NCBI GenBank assembly: GCA_964629425.1
Contig: CAZVSO010000001.1
Coordinates: forward strand, 1 to 43,895
Origin: an uncultured Gemmatimonadaceae bacterium
Lineage (GTDB): Bacteria > Gemmatimonadota > Gemmatimonadetes > Gemmatimonadales > GWC2-71-9
Direction of reading: 5' to 3'
Length of the DNA stretch: 43,895 nt
Shown in pieces: positions 9,344-18,180 of the stretch. The position numbers were made by a program, and so were the translations under genes. Under the pieces are notes generated by a model. It searched no databases. It saw nothing but the letters and a program-made list of their open reading frames with translations, and was not told the origin of the DNA. Numbering within the stretch: the stretch's first letter is position 1; every line of letters starts with the position of its first letter.

Positions 9344-10312
9344 ATGCGAGCGACGGCAGCCATCAGCAACGTGGGGCTGTGGCGTGCGGCGCGGGCACTG
9401 GCCGTGGCGGCCACACTCGGCCTCGTGGCCGCCCTCCTCTGGGTTCCACAGGTGGCGCTGGGCGTTCTCTGGGACATCGTGATCCCGCTCGTCCCCGCCT
9501 CGCTCCTCATCAGCCCGGCGCTGTGGCGCAACGTGTGCCCGCTGGCGGCCTTCAACATGGCGCTCAACCGCTTCGGACCCCGACAGATCCCCACCCGCAC
9601 GTTCCTGGCCCGCGCCACGACGGCGGGCATCCTGCTGCTCGCCGTCCTGGTGCCGGCGCGCCGGGTCGTGTTCAACACGGACGGGCCCGCGCTCGCTGTG
9701 ACCATCGTGGCCGTTGCTCTCGCCGCGCTCGCGCTGGGCGCGGTGTTCGACGCCAAGGCTGGGTTCTGCAACGCGATGTGCCCGGTGCTGCCGGTCGAGC
9801 GCCTCTACGGCCAGGCGCCGCTTGTAGCGATCGGGAATCCTCACTGTACGCCCTGCACGCTGTGCGCGAGCGGGTGTCTCGACGTCGCGCCCCGGAAGTC
9901 CATCGCGGTCGCGCTGGGGCCGGCGCGTCGGTCGGCCGCCTGGCTCGCTACTCCCTATGGTGTGTTCGCAGCCGCGTTCCCCGGCTTCGTCGTGGGCTAC
10001 TCTACTGCAACCAACGGGCCCCTTGCGTCCGCCGGAGGGGTGTACCTGCGGGTCGTCGCCTGGGCCGCGGCGAGCTACCTGGTCACGGCGGTGGTCGTTC
10101 TCATGTGGAAACCGACGTGGGCCCGCGCCCTCCGATCCCTCGCGGCCGCAGCGGCGGGCCTGTACTACTGGTTTACCTCTGTGGTCGTCGCCACGCGGGT
10201 GGGGGGCGGGAGCGTGGGGACCACCGCGCTGCGTCTCATCATGCTCGCCCTCGTGGCGGGGTGGCTGTGGAACGCCTCGCGCCCGGCGGCGGGGCCTCGC
10301 CCAGCCTCCTGA
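9344..10312 (+). CDS. Polytopic membrane Fe-S protein (CX3CP motif plus CX2CX2CX3C ferredoxin-type motif), NapH/YccM-like
   Basis: Multiple predicted TM helices. Motifs FCNAMCP and HCTPCTLCASGC. The start lies 3 nt after the ZIP stop codon, suggesting co-translation. Confidence 0.6.
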   Translation: MRATAAISNVGLWRAARALAVAATLGLVAALLWVPQVALGVLWDIVIPLVPASLLISPALWRNVCPLAAFNMALNRFGPRQIPTRTFLARATTAGILLLAVLVPARRVVFNTDGPALAVTIVAVALAALALGAVFDAKAGFCNAMCPVLPVERLYGQAPLVAIGNPHCTPCTLCASGCLDVAPRKSIAVALGPARRSAAWLATPYGVFAAAFPGFVVGYSTATNGPLASAGGVYLRVVAWAAASYLVTAVVVLMWKPTWARALRSLAAAAAGLYYWFTSVVVATRVGGGSVGTTALRLIMLALVAGWLWNASRPAAGPRPAS

Positions 10313-10330
10313 GGATTCGTTCCGCTTCCC

Positions 10331-10346
10331 TTCAGCCGTTTTTCAG
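10331..10346 (+). promoter_or_regulatory. TTCAG-N6-TTCAG direct repeat, candidate response-regulator operator upstream of USP1
   Basis: TTCAGCCGTTTTTCAG, two pentamers phased at 11 bp, ending 48 nt before ATG 10395. The USP2 site has the same architecture and a similar distance (46 nt). Confidence 0.45.
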
Positions 10347-10394
10347 ACGATCAGCATGAACTTGCCGCAAGCTCGAACGAGCGAGTGTGCGCTC

Positions 10395-11324
10395 ATGTCT
10401 CACAGGGCGATCGTGGCAGGGGTCGACAACTCCCCCGCGTCGGGGCGAGCGGCGGCGGTAGCGTACCGGATCGCCGCAGCGGCGGGCGTCCCGTGCCAGC
10501 TGATCCACGCCGTTCCCCGCACCGGCCCCGCGCGGATCGTCGTCCCTGGGCGGCCGCCGGCGCCCGAGGTGTGGCAGGAGGCCCGGCGCGAGCTAGGGAG
10601 CCTCCTGAACGGTCACGTTCCGCCGGCGGTGCTCGAGCGTCTCGAGGTCCTGGTCGGGCGGGCGGGGGTCATCCTGGCCGACGCCGCACGGCGCGTGAAC
10701 GCGGAGCTCGTGGTCCTCGGAGGAAAGCCCCACGGTGCCGTGGCCCGCGGGCTCGGTGGAAGCACGGCGCAGTACCTGGTGCGGACGCTGGATGTCCCAG
10801 TGCTCGTCACCGGTCCCACCGACCGGCCCATGAGCCGGGTGCTGGTCGCCGTGGACTTGTCGTACGCTTCGCGGCCTACGCTGCAGGCGGCGCGGCGCCT
10901 GGCGGATCGGCTTGGGGCCCGGCTGCGGGTGCTGCACGTGGTCGAGCCAACTCGGTCTCCGGCGGGCGCGGCGCGTAGCGCGGATCCGGAGGCGCATGCT
11001 CGGACCGCTGCGAAGATCCTGCGTCGCCTGGTGGAGGCGGAGCCTGGGGTCGGCGGCGCGGAGCCGGTGGTGCGGCAGGGGCCGGCGGCCGAGGAGATCG
11101 CGGCCGAGGCGGCCTCCTGGGGGGCGGACGTGATCGTGATGGGGTCGCACGGCAAGGGCTGGGTGGACCGCCTGCTGGTGGGGAGTGTGACCGAGCGGTT
11201 GCTGGCGGCGCTACCGACGGCGCTGCTGGTGGTTCCGGTGTACCCCGCGCGCCATGATCGGGCCGCCCGGCCCGGCCGCAAGCGCCACACGACGAGGAGG
11301 AGGGAGCCCTATGCGAGTCGCTGA
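10395..11324 (+). CDS. Universal stress protein, tandem UspA domains (USP1)
   Basis: Two Usp repeats (IVAGVDNSPAS...VVLGGKPHG...VPVLV and VLVAVDLSYAS...VIVMGSHGKGWVDRLLVGSVTERLL...LLVVP). The upstream part of track ORF 9957 is low-complexity and not protein-like. Confidence 0.85.
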   Translation: MSHRAIVAGVDNSPASGRAAAVAYRIAAAAGVPCQLIHAVPRTGPARIVVPGRPPAPEVWQEARRELGSLLNGHVPPAVLERLEVLVGRAGVILADAARRVNAELVVLGGKPHGAVARGLGGSTAQYLVRTLDVPVLVTGPTDRPMSRVLVAVDLSYASRPTLQAARRLADRLGARLRVLHVVEPTRSPAGAARSADPEAHARTAAKILRRLVEAEPGVGGAEPVVRQGPAAEEIAAEAASWGADVIVMGSHGKGWVDRLLVGSVTERLLAALPTALLVVPVYPARHDRAARPGRKRHTTRRREPYASR

Positions 11325-11712
11325 GCTCATGAAGACCGACCTCAAGACCGTTCGGCCGGACGAGACGGTGGCCGATGCGGTGACTACGCTCGCCGATGCC
11401 CATGTCTCGGCGCTGCCGGTCGTGGACCCACAGGGGCGGCTCATCGGGGTGCTTTCGACCAGCGACGTGTTGGCCGCCACGGCGGAGGCCGCCGGTCCCG
11501 CGGAGCGGGAGCGGGTGTTCGAGGAGACCCGGGTCAGCGAGATAATGACCACGCGGTCTTTGACCATCGACGCGGAGGCGGACGTCACCGACGCCGCGCG
11601 CCAGATGCTGTACCTCGAGGTGCACCGGCTGTTCGTGGAGCAGGGGGGCCGGCTGGTCGGCGTCCTGTCGCAAACCGACATCGTGGGGGCGGTGGCGACG
11701 GCGAAGATCTGA
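11311..11712 (+). CDS. CBS-pair domain protein (CBS1)
   Basis: 133 aa with two CBS motifs (VADAVTTLADAHVSALPVVD..GRLIGVLSTSDV and VTDAARQMLYLEVHRLFVEQGGRLVGVLSQTDIV). AGGAGGAGGGAG lies upstream of the ATG. The gene overlaps the USP1 stop. Confidence 0.85.
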   Translation: MRVAELMKTDLKTVRPDETVADAVTTLADAHVSALPVVDPQGRLIGVLSTSDVLAATAEAAGPAERERVFEETRVSEIMTTRSLTIDAEADVTDAARQMLYLEVHRLFVEQGGRLVGVLSQTDIVGAVATAKI

Positions 11713-11718
11713 AGTGCC

Positions 11719-12225
11719 CTACCTCCGGCGCACCACCCGCCAGCCACCCATCTGGGTACCGGAGGTCCGCTCCACCCAGGTCGTGAAGCTGCCCGCGACC
11801 GTGTCGGCCCGCACTCGTCCGTCGAATCGAGTCACGAGCCTCGTCCCGGTCTCGGGGTCGGCGTAGGGCGCGAGCATCCCGGACACGCGGTCGCCCTCGA
11901 CGTGCACGAAGCTGATGGTCAGCACTTGCGGCTGGACGCGCGGTGGTCCGCCCGGGTCGCCCTCGGGCCAGGGCCTGAGCTGCCGGCCCCACCCGACCGG
12001 AATCATCACGACGTCACCGTAGGCGGTGTCGCCCCGCGCCGTGAGGGTGAACGAGATGCTCCCGCTGCGGCCAGTGGCGGCGCTGCTGTACTCGCCCACC
12101 CACTCCCCGACGAGCGGAGTGAGGTCGGACGCCGGGCCCTCGACGGGAACCGGTGCCGGGGTGGAGGCGCACGCCCCCAGGATGGCGGCCAGGGCGATGG
12201 CTCCAGGACGAACGTAGGATCGCAT
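11719..12225 (-). CDS. Hypothetical lipoprotein
   Basis: N-terminus MRSYVRPGAIALAAILGAC has a signal peptide and a lipobox (LGAC). Codon usage is consistent with coding. I recognise no family. Confidence 0.55.
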   Translation of the reverse strand: MRSYVRPGAIALAAILGACASTPAPVPVEGPASDLTPLVGEWVGEYSSAATGRSGSISFTLTARGDTAYGDVVMIPVGWGRQLRPWPEGDPGGPPRVQPQVLTISFVHVEGDRVSGMLAPYADPETGTRLVTRFDGRVRADTVAGSFTTWVERTSGTQMGGWRVVRRR

Positions 12226-12366
12226 GCGTCACTCTCCTCGGCTGCGGCGGAACGCAGTCGCCGCGCCTGCTGATTCTCGCCCGTCGGGCGTGGTGCTTCG
12301 TGGAATTCAGGCTGAAGAACGGTTCACTCTGGACGGAGGCCGGGGCTGCCGTTACCGTACCGGCCC

Positions 12367-12900
12367 ATGACACCGCGCCCCGAGCTTCCCCCTGTCCTCA
12401 TTCCGGAGTCCGCCATCGGCGAGCGGGTGGAGCAGCTCGCCCGCCAGATTTCCCGCGACTACGCGGGGGCCGGCGAGATCCTCCTCGTGGGCGTGCTGCG
12501 CGGCGCGTTCATGTTCGTGGCGGACCTGAGCCGGCGGCTCTCGGTCCCGTGCCGCGTGGATTTCATCGCGCTGGCGCACTACGAGCGTGGCGCGGTGCCG
12601 ACGGGCGCCGTGCGGCTGGTGATGGACCTGCGGGTCCCCGTCGCCGGGCGGCACGTGCTCGTGGTGGAGGACATCGTGGACAGCGGCCACACCCTGGCGT
12701 ATCTCGTGGCCACGCTCGGGGCGCGGGGGCCGGCGTCGCTCAAGACCTGCGTGCTGACGCGCAAGCCCGACCGGCTCGAGGTCGAGGTGCCGCTCGACTA
12801 CGTGGGATTCGACCTGCCCGACCGCTGGGTGGTGGGCTACGGCCTGGACCATGAGGATCGGTTTCGGGCGCTCCCCTACATCGGGGTGGTGGAGGTGTAG
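12367..12900 (+). CDS. hpt: Hypoxanthine-guanine phosphoribosyltransferase
   Basis: LLVGVLRGAFMFVADL, PRPP loop VLVVEDIVDSGHTL, and C-terminal DYVGFDLPDRWVVGYGLD. Confidence 0.93.
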   Translation: MTPRPELPPVLIPESAIGERVEQLARQISRDYAGAGEILLVGVLRGAFMFVADLSRRLSVPCRVDFIALAHYERGAVPTGAVRLVMDLRVPVAGRHVLVVEDIVDSGHTLAYLVATLGARGPASLKTCVLTRKPDRLEVEVPLDYVGFDLPDRWVVGYGLDHEDRFRALPYIGVVEV

Positions 12901-12972
12901 CTCAGGCCTCGCGTATCTCCTCGACGTCGCGTGAAATGCCGGTGAGCTCTGGCGACGACCGGTTCACCCGGC

Positions 12973-13671
12973 CTAGCGCTGGACCGTCAGCTCGTCCTGG
13001 ATGCGCGACACTCCCGGGATGGCCTCGGCCGCCCGCTCGACCTCCAGCCGCTCCGCCAGCGAGCGGACGTGCCCGCGGAGGACCACCGTCTCGCGCCGCA
13101 CCTCGACCCGGATGTGCCGGCCGTGCGTCTGCGCCTCGTGGCGCAGCGCGGCTTCCACGCGACCCCGGACGCTCTCGTCGGGCGGCGCGGCGCCTGCCTC
13201 GACCGTGATGCGATTGCTCACCGCCCGGACGCCCCGGACGCGCTGGATCACTTCCTCGGCGGCCGTCCGCTCCGCGGGCCGCTCGACCGCACCCTCGAGC
13301 GTTACGCCGCCGTTCGCCACCCGCGCCGCGACCCGGTCGCGGGGCACGAAGACGTCCCACGCGAGCGCGTGCGCGACCGCCCGGCCCAACTGCGCGTCGG
13401 TCCGCTCGTCCGCCGGGGGCAGCACGACGGTCGTCTCATTGACCACCGCCTGAATCCCGGGTACGCGCCGCGCGGCGCGCTCGAACGCGAGCCGTTCCGG
13501 GTAGCTCCGCACGGTGCCGCGAAGGGTGGCCACGTAGTCGGTCACGTCGAGCAGAATCCCCTGGGGGTCGAGGCACGGCTCCCACGTGAGCTGCTCCCAG
13601 ACCGCGCGCTCGAGCTCCCGCTGCGTGTTGGCGGCCTCCGTCTCCGACAGCCAGATCTGAATGCTCGTCAT
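12973..13671 (-). CDS. BON domain protein (three BON repeats, OsmY-like, no obvious signal peptide)
   Basis: A repeated pattern is seen three times: V..G.VTL.G.V.S..ER..AE.AA..VPGV..V.N.L.V. Confidence 0.85.
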   Translation of the reverse strand: MTSIQIWLSETEAANTQRELERAVWEQLTWEPCLDPQGILLDVTDYVATLRGTVRSYPERLAFERAARRVPGIQAVVNETTVVLPPADERTDAQLGRAVAHALAWDVFVPRDRVAARVANGGVTLEGAVERPAERTAAEEVIQRVRGVRAVSNRITVEAGAAPPDESVRGRVEAALRHEAQTHGRHIRVEVRRETVVLRGHVRSLAERLEVERAAEAIPGVSRIQDELTVQR

Positions 13672-13737
13672 CGCTCCCTCCCCTCAGGGCGGCCGCGGTC
13701 GACTCGCGGGCCCACGTGGACTGTACGCAGGGGCAAA

Positions 13738-13753
13738 GTGAAGGCCGTGTGAA
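13738..13753 (-). promoter_or_regulatory. TTCAC-N6-TTCAC direct repeat (read on minus strand), candidate operator in the BON/TetR divergent region
   Basis: Plus strand reads GTGAAGGCCGTGTGAA, an identical 16-mer to 25098..25113. It lies 66 nt upstream of the BON start and 99 nt upstream of the TetR start. Confidence 0.45.
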
Positions 13754-13852
13754 TCGCGCGCGAAGAACCCTTCACAGCGGCGCCGGCACCATTGACGGCG
13801 TTTACCAGAAGTTCAATTTTCTAACGTCAGTTCACTTCCGGAGCAGGCGCCG

Positions 13853-14473
13853 ATGTCTCGCGTCGCAGCAGCCCGCTCTCCCGTCTCCCCGCACGTGCGG
13901 GAAAAGCGCCGCCGCCGGCGCGAGGAGATCCTGCACGCGGCGCTGCGCGCGTTCCGCGACAAGGGCTACCACGCCACCACGCTCGAGGACATCGCCGATG
14001 GTCTCGGGGTGCGCAGCACGGCGCTGTACCACTACTTCCCCGACAAGGAAGCGATCCTCTACGCCTGCCACCGGGAAGGCCTGGCCGACGTGCACGCCCG
14101 GGTGGCGGACGCCCGGGCACGCCATGCCACCGCGGGGGAGCGGCTGGCGCACGTCATCCGGGAGCACGTGCGCGTGATGACGGAGACGCTCGAGGGCTCG
14201 ACGCTCGCCTTCGAGGTGTCCGCGCTCGACCCCGCGCACCAGGCGGAGATCATCGCGGCGCGCGACCGCTACGAGCGCGCCCTGCGCAGCATCATCGCGC
14301 AGGGGATCGCGGATGGCGAGTTCCGCCCGGTGAACCCCAAGATCGCCGCGTTCGCCATTCTCGGCGCGATCAACTGGATCGCGCGCTGGTACCGTCCCGA
14401 GGGCAGCGTCCACCCGCCCGCCCTGGGGGCGCAGTTCGCCGAGCACCTGGTGGGCGGGCTCACGTGCAGGTGA
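13853..14473 (+). CDS. TetR/AcrR family transcriptional regulator
   Basis: N-terminal HTH: ILHAALRAFRDKGYHATTLEDIADGLGVRSTALYHYFPDKEAIL. Confidence 0.9.
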   Translation: MSRVAAARSPVSPHVREKRRRRREEILHAALRAFRDKGYHATTLEDIADGLGVRSTALYHYFPDKEAILYACHREGLADVHARVADARARHATAGERLAHVIREHVRVMTETLEGSTLAFEVSALDPAHQAEIIAARDRYERALRSIIAQGIADGEFRPVNPKIAAFAILGAINWIARWYRPEGSVHPPALGAQFAEHLVGGLTCR

Positions 14474-14477
14474 TTCC

Positions 14478-15551
14478 ATGACGACGGACCTGACCACTCC
14501 CCGCACGAACGCCATCGCTCCCCGGGACGCCGCGTCCCTCGGGTTCCGGGAGGTGCTCTACGACAAGAGTGACGGCGTCGCGCGCATCACGCTGAACCGG
14601 CCGCAGCGCTACAACGCCTACTCGACGGAGGCGCTGGAGGAGCTGGCCACCGCGTTTCGCGACGCCACCTTCGACGACGCGGTCGGCGTCATCGTCCTCA
14701 CCGGGGCCGGGGACCGCGCGTTCTGCACCGGCGGCGACGTGAAGGAGTACGCCACGCGCTACGTGCCGAAGCCGCGCGACTATTGGAAGTACATGGCGCT
14801 GTTCCGCGCCTACATCGAGAGCATCCTCAACACCGGGAAGCCCGTCGTCGCGCGGATCAACGGGATGGCGGTCGGCGGCGGGAACGAGACCCAGCTCGCC
14901 TGCGACCTGTCGGTGATGGCCCAGCATGCCTACCTGAAGCAGGTCGGCACCCACGTGGGCTCGGTGGCCTGCGGGGGGGCGACGCAGTGGCTGCCGCTGG
15001 TCGTGGGCGACAAGCGCGCGCGCCAGATCCTGCTGTTGAACGAGCCCGTCCCGGCGCCGCAGGCGCAAGCCTGGGGGCTGGTGAACTGGGTGGTGCCGTC
15101 GGTGCGCCGCGGGGAGCAGTGGCTCGAGGAGGCCTCGCCCGAGGAGATCCGCAAGGCGGAGCGCGGCGAGGACGGCTACCGGACGGACCTGAGCCGCCTC
15201 GACGAGTTCGTGAGCGATCTCGCCCGCCGGCTGCTGGCGTCGTTTCCGGAGTGCACGCGCTACACCAAGCAGCAGGCGAACGTGCTGAAGGACTTCGTGT
15301 GGCAGGCGACGGTCCGTCATGCGCAGGACTGGCTGGCGCTGCACTTCGCCTGCTGGGAGCCGGTCGAGGGGGTGCGGGCCTTCGTCGAGAAGCGGGCACC
15401 GCGCTACGCGCTGTTCCGGGACCGCGCCGCCCGCGGCGAGTCGTCGGAGGCTCCCTGGGGCGCGCCGCTGCGGACCTGCGGCGCCTGCGGCGCGCAGGAC
15501 CTGCCCGGCGCGCACCGGTTCTGCGGGGCATGCGGCGCACCGCTGTCGTGA
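14478..15551 (+). CDS. MenB/BadI/Oah-like crotonase-superfamily enzyme (candidate ring-opening 6-oxocyclohex-1-ene-1-carbonyl-CoA hydrolase) with C-terminal zinc-ribbon tail
   Basis: Crotonase fold motifs (ITLNRPQRYNAYS, LTGAGDRAFCTGGD, INGMAVGGGNE). At 357 aa it is longer than plain enoyl-CoA hydratases. The last 25 aa are CGACG...FCGACG. It sits next to BCR-like genes. Confidence 0.75.
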   Translation: MTTDLTTPRTNAIAPRDAASLGFREVLYDKSDGVARITLNRPQRYNAYSTEALEELATAFRDATFDDAVGVIVLTGAGDRAFCTGGDVKEYATRYVPKPRDYWKYMALFRAYIESILNTGKPVVARINGMAVGGGNETQLACDLSVMAQHAYLKQVGTHVGSVACGGATQWLPLVVGDKRARQILLLNEPVPAPQAQAWGLVNWVVPSVRRGEQWLEEASPEEIRKAERGEDGYRTDLSRLDEFVSDLARRLLASFPECTRYTKQQANVLKDFVWQATVRHAQDWLALHFACWEPVEGVRAFVEKRAPRYALFRDRAARGESSEAPWGAPLRTCGACGAQDLPGAHRFCGACGAPLS

Positions 15552-16246
15552 CGGGGGGCGGTCGGGGCATCGGGCGCGCCATCGTGGAGGCGCTCGCGGA
15601 GGACGCGTGGGTCGCGGTGCTGGACCTCGCCTTTCCGTTCGGCGCCGGACCCGCCGGACGCGCGTTCGAGACGGACGTGGCAAATGACCGCACCGTGCGG
15701 GAGGCGGTCGAGGCGGTGGCGGCCGAGCGCGGCGGAGTGGACTGGGTGATCTGCGCCGCCGGCATCACCCGCGACGGGGTGACCTGGAAGATGTCCGACC
15801 ACGACTGGGCCACCGTACTCGCGGTGAATCTGACCGGCGCGTTCCACACGGCCCGGGCCGCAGCGCCCCATCTCCGCCGCTCACCAGCGGGCCGCCTCGT
15901 GTTCGTGAGCTCGATCAACGGGCTGCGCGGCCGCTTCGGCCAGGCGAATTACGCGGCGTCCAAGGCCGGGCTCGTCGGGCTCGCCCGCACCCTCGCGCTG
16001 GAGCTGGCGCGCGACGGCGTCACCGTCAATGTGGTGGCCCCCGGTCTGGTGGACACGCCGATGACGGCGGACCTCCCCGAGCGGGTGCGGGCGGCGACGC
16101 TGGCGCGGACCCCGCTGGGGCGCGCGGGCCGGCCGGCCGAGGTCGCCAGCGCGGTGCGTTTCCTCTGCGGAGACGGGGCGGCGTTCATCACGGGCGCCGT
16201 GCTGCCCATCGACGGCGGCCAGCTGCTCGGCGCCGTGGCGATGTGA
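15530..16246 (+). CDS. Short-chain dehydrogenase/reductase (FabG-like 3-oxoacyl/3-hydroxyacyl reductase)
   Basis: VVTGGGRGIGRAI Rossmann motif, NGLRG, and the YAASKAG catalytic Tyr-x3-Lys. The start overlaps the upstream gene by 22 nt. Confidence 0.9.
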   Translation: MRRTAVVTGGGRGIGRAIVEALAEDAWVAVLDLAFPFGAGPAGRAFETDVANDRTVREAVEAVAAERGGVDWVICAAGITRDGVTWKMSDHDWATVLAVNLTGAFHTARAAAPHLRRSPAGRLVFVSSINGLRGRFGQANYAASKAGLVGLARTLALELARDGVTVNVVAPGLVDTPMTADLPERVRAATLARTPLGRAGRPAEVASAVRFLCGDGAAFITGAVLPIDGGQLLGAVAM

Positions 16247-16253
16247 GGCCGAC

Positions 16254-17009
16254 ATGGGAGTGACGGCGACGGTCGAGGGTGGCGTGGCACGGCTCGAGCT
16301 GAGCTACCCGCCTCTCAACATCCTGACGCGGGCCGCGCTGGGGGAGCTGCGTCAGGCTCTGGCGCGCGCGGGCGACGCCCCGACGCTCCGGGTGCTCGTG
16401 CTGTCGGCGGCCGGGAAGCACTTCTCAGCCGGTGCCGACGTGGGGGAGCACCTGCCGGGCCACTGTGAGGCGATGATCCCGGAGTTCGTCGCTACGGTCG
16501 CGGCGCTCGCTGCCTTCCCGCTCCCCGTTGTCGCCGCGGTGCAGGGCCGCTGTCTCGGGGGCGGGTTCGAGCTGGTCCAGGCTGCGGACCTCGTGGTCGC
16601 GGGCGAGGGCGCGGTGCTGGGCCAGCCGGAGATCCTGCTCGGGGTCCTGCCGCCGGCGGCCTGCGCGCTGCTGCCGGCGCTGGCCGGGCCGCAGGCCGCG
16701 GCCGCCCTGGTCTACACGGGCGACCCACTCAGCGCCACGGAGGCGCACCGGGTCGGGCTGGTCTGGCGGGTGGTGCCCGACGCCGCCGTGGTGCCGGCGG
16801 CGCTGGACGTCGCGGCGCGCATCGCCTGCCACAGCGCGGCCGCGCTGCGGCTCGCCAAGCGGGCGCTGCGCGGCCCAGGGGAGGGGAGGGCGGCGGCGCT
16901 GCAGCTCGTCACCGGCCTCTACCTGCGCGAGGGGATGGCCACTGGGGACGCGGTCGAAGGGCTCCGGGCGTTCGTCGAGAAGCGCGCTCCGGTCTGGGGG
17001 CATCGGTGA
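16254..17009 (+). CDS. Enoyl-CoA hydratase/isomerase family protein (candidate dienoyl-CoA hydratase)
   Basis: 251 aa crotonase with [26 protein letters not shown] and a C-terminal [10 protein letters not shown]. Confidence 0.88.
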   Translation: MGVTATVEGGVARLELSYPPLNILTRAALGELRQALARAGDAPTLRVLVLSAAGKHFSAGADVGEHLPGHCEAMIPEFVATVAALAAFPLPVVAAVQGRCLGGGFELVQAADLVVAGEGAVLGQPEILLGVLPPAACALLPALAGPQAAAALVYTGDPLSATEAHRVGLVWRVVPDAAVVPAALDVAARIACHSAAALRLAKRALRGPGEGRAAALQLVTGLYLREGMATGDAVEGLRAFVEKRAPVWGHR

Positions 17010-18172
17010 CGGTGGTCGTCTTTCCCGAATGGCGGGACCGCCCCTTGGACGGGATGCTCGGCGCGTGCCGCGAGCTGGTGGAGGACCCGGCGTTCCCCAC
17101 CGTGCGCCGCTGGCGGGAGGCCGGCGGGAAGGTGGTGGGCCACTTCCAGGTCTACTTCCCCGAGGAGATCGCGCACGCCGGCGGGTTGTTGCCGCTCAAG
17201 ATCCGGGGTGCGCCGATCGAGCCGGCGCAGGCCGACTCGCGCTTCGGCTCGTATCTCTGCTCGATCATCAAGACGTCGCTCGAGCTCGCGCTGAGCGGCC
17301 GCGTCGAGCTCGACGCGTTCGTCACCCATCCCATCTGCGACGCGGCGCGGAACCTGGCGGCCGTGTGGGGGCGCAACTTCCCCTACCCCTGCCAGATCCT
17401 CTACCTGCCGCAGAACGCCAACTCGGCCCACGCCGCTGGCTACCTCCGGGGCGAGTACGACCGGCTGCGCCACGACCTCGAGGCCGTGGCCGGCCGGCCC
17501 ATCACCGACGACGCGCTTCGCGGCTCGCTCGGCGTGTTCAACCGCAATCGGGCGCTGCTCCGGGAGCTGTACGCGCTGCGGCGCGAGACCCCCTGGCTCG
17601 TGCCGGCCGACGAGGCGTACGTGCTGATGGCCGTGGGCGGATTCATCCCGCGCGAAGAGCACAACGCCCTCCTCGAAGCGGTGCTCCCGCTGCTGGGCGC
17701 CCGGGTGGTGCGCCGCCAGGACAAGATCCCCGTCGTGCTCGAGGGCGGCTTCTGCGAGCAGCCGCCGCTCGATCTCATCCAGGCCATCGGCCGCTCCTGC
17801 TACGTGGTGGACGACGACCTCCTGATCGGGCTCCGCTGGCTGGTGGCGGACGTGCCGCTCGCCGGGGATCCGCTGGCGAGCCTGGCCGAGGCGTACCTCG
17901 AGCGCTCGGCGCATTCCCCCGTCCAGCACGACCTGCGCAAGCCGAAGGACGGCATGCTGCTCGGTCGCATCCGGGCGGCGGGGGCGCAGGCCGCGATCCT
18001 GATGGCGGCCAAGATGTGCGAGCCCGGTCTGGAGGAGCAGGTGGCGTACACGCGGGCGCTGGACCGGGAGGGGATTCCGTACTTCGTGGCCGAGTTCGAG
18101 GAGAACATGACCAGCTACGAGCAGCTCGAAATCCAGCTCGAGACGTTCGTCGAGAACCTGTTGTTCGACTGA
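17006..18172 (+). CDS. 2-hydroxyacyl-CoA dehydratase / benzoyl-CoA reductase family subunit (BcrC/BzdN-like)
   Basis: 388 aa with HgdAB/BcrBC-family look ([26 protein letters not shown]-terminal KMCEPGLEE...GIPYF). GTGA start/stop overlap with the upstream crotonase. Confidence 0.78.
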   Translation: MTVVVFPEWRDRPLDGMLGACRELVEDPAFPTVRRWREAGGKVVGHFQVYFPEEIAHAGGLLPLKIRGAPIEPAQADSRFGSYLCSIIKTSLELALSGRVELDAFVTHPICDAARNLAAVWGRNFPYPCQILYLPQNANSAHAAGYLRGEYDRLRHDLEAVAGRPITDDALRGSLGVFNRNRALLRELYALRRETPWLVPADEAYVLMAVGGFIPREEHNALLEAVLPLLGARVVRRQDKIPVVLEGGFCEQPPLDLIQAIGRSCYVVDDDLLIGLRWLVADVPLAGDPLASLAEAYLERSAHSPVQHDLRKPKDGMLLGRIRAAGAQAAILMAAKMCEPGLEEQVAYTRALDREGIPYFVAEFEENMTSYEQLEIQLETFVENLLFD

Positions 18173-18180
18173 GGACGGCG

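Noticed and set aside
12931-12967. GTGAA-N6-GTGAG plus TTCAC in the hpt/BON convergent spacer as a further operator
   Set aside because: It lies downstream of both genes and can fold as a hairpin (GTGAA..CCGG / CCGGTTCAC), so it is more likely terminator-like. It does warn that not every pentamer pair is a promoter element.
16528-18180. N-terminal 551 codons of track ORF 16528..19497 (+)
   Set aside because: This is an Arg/Pro-rich shadow frame across the crotonase and BcrC-like genes. The real BcrB-like protein starts at ATG 18181, right after the upstream stop.
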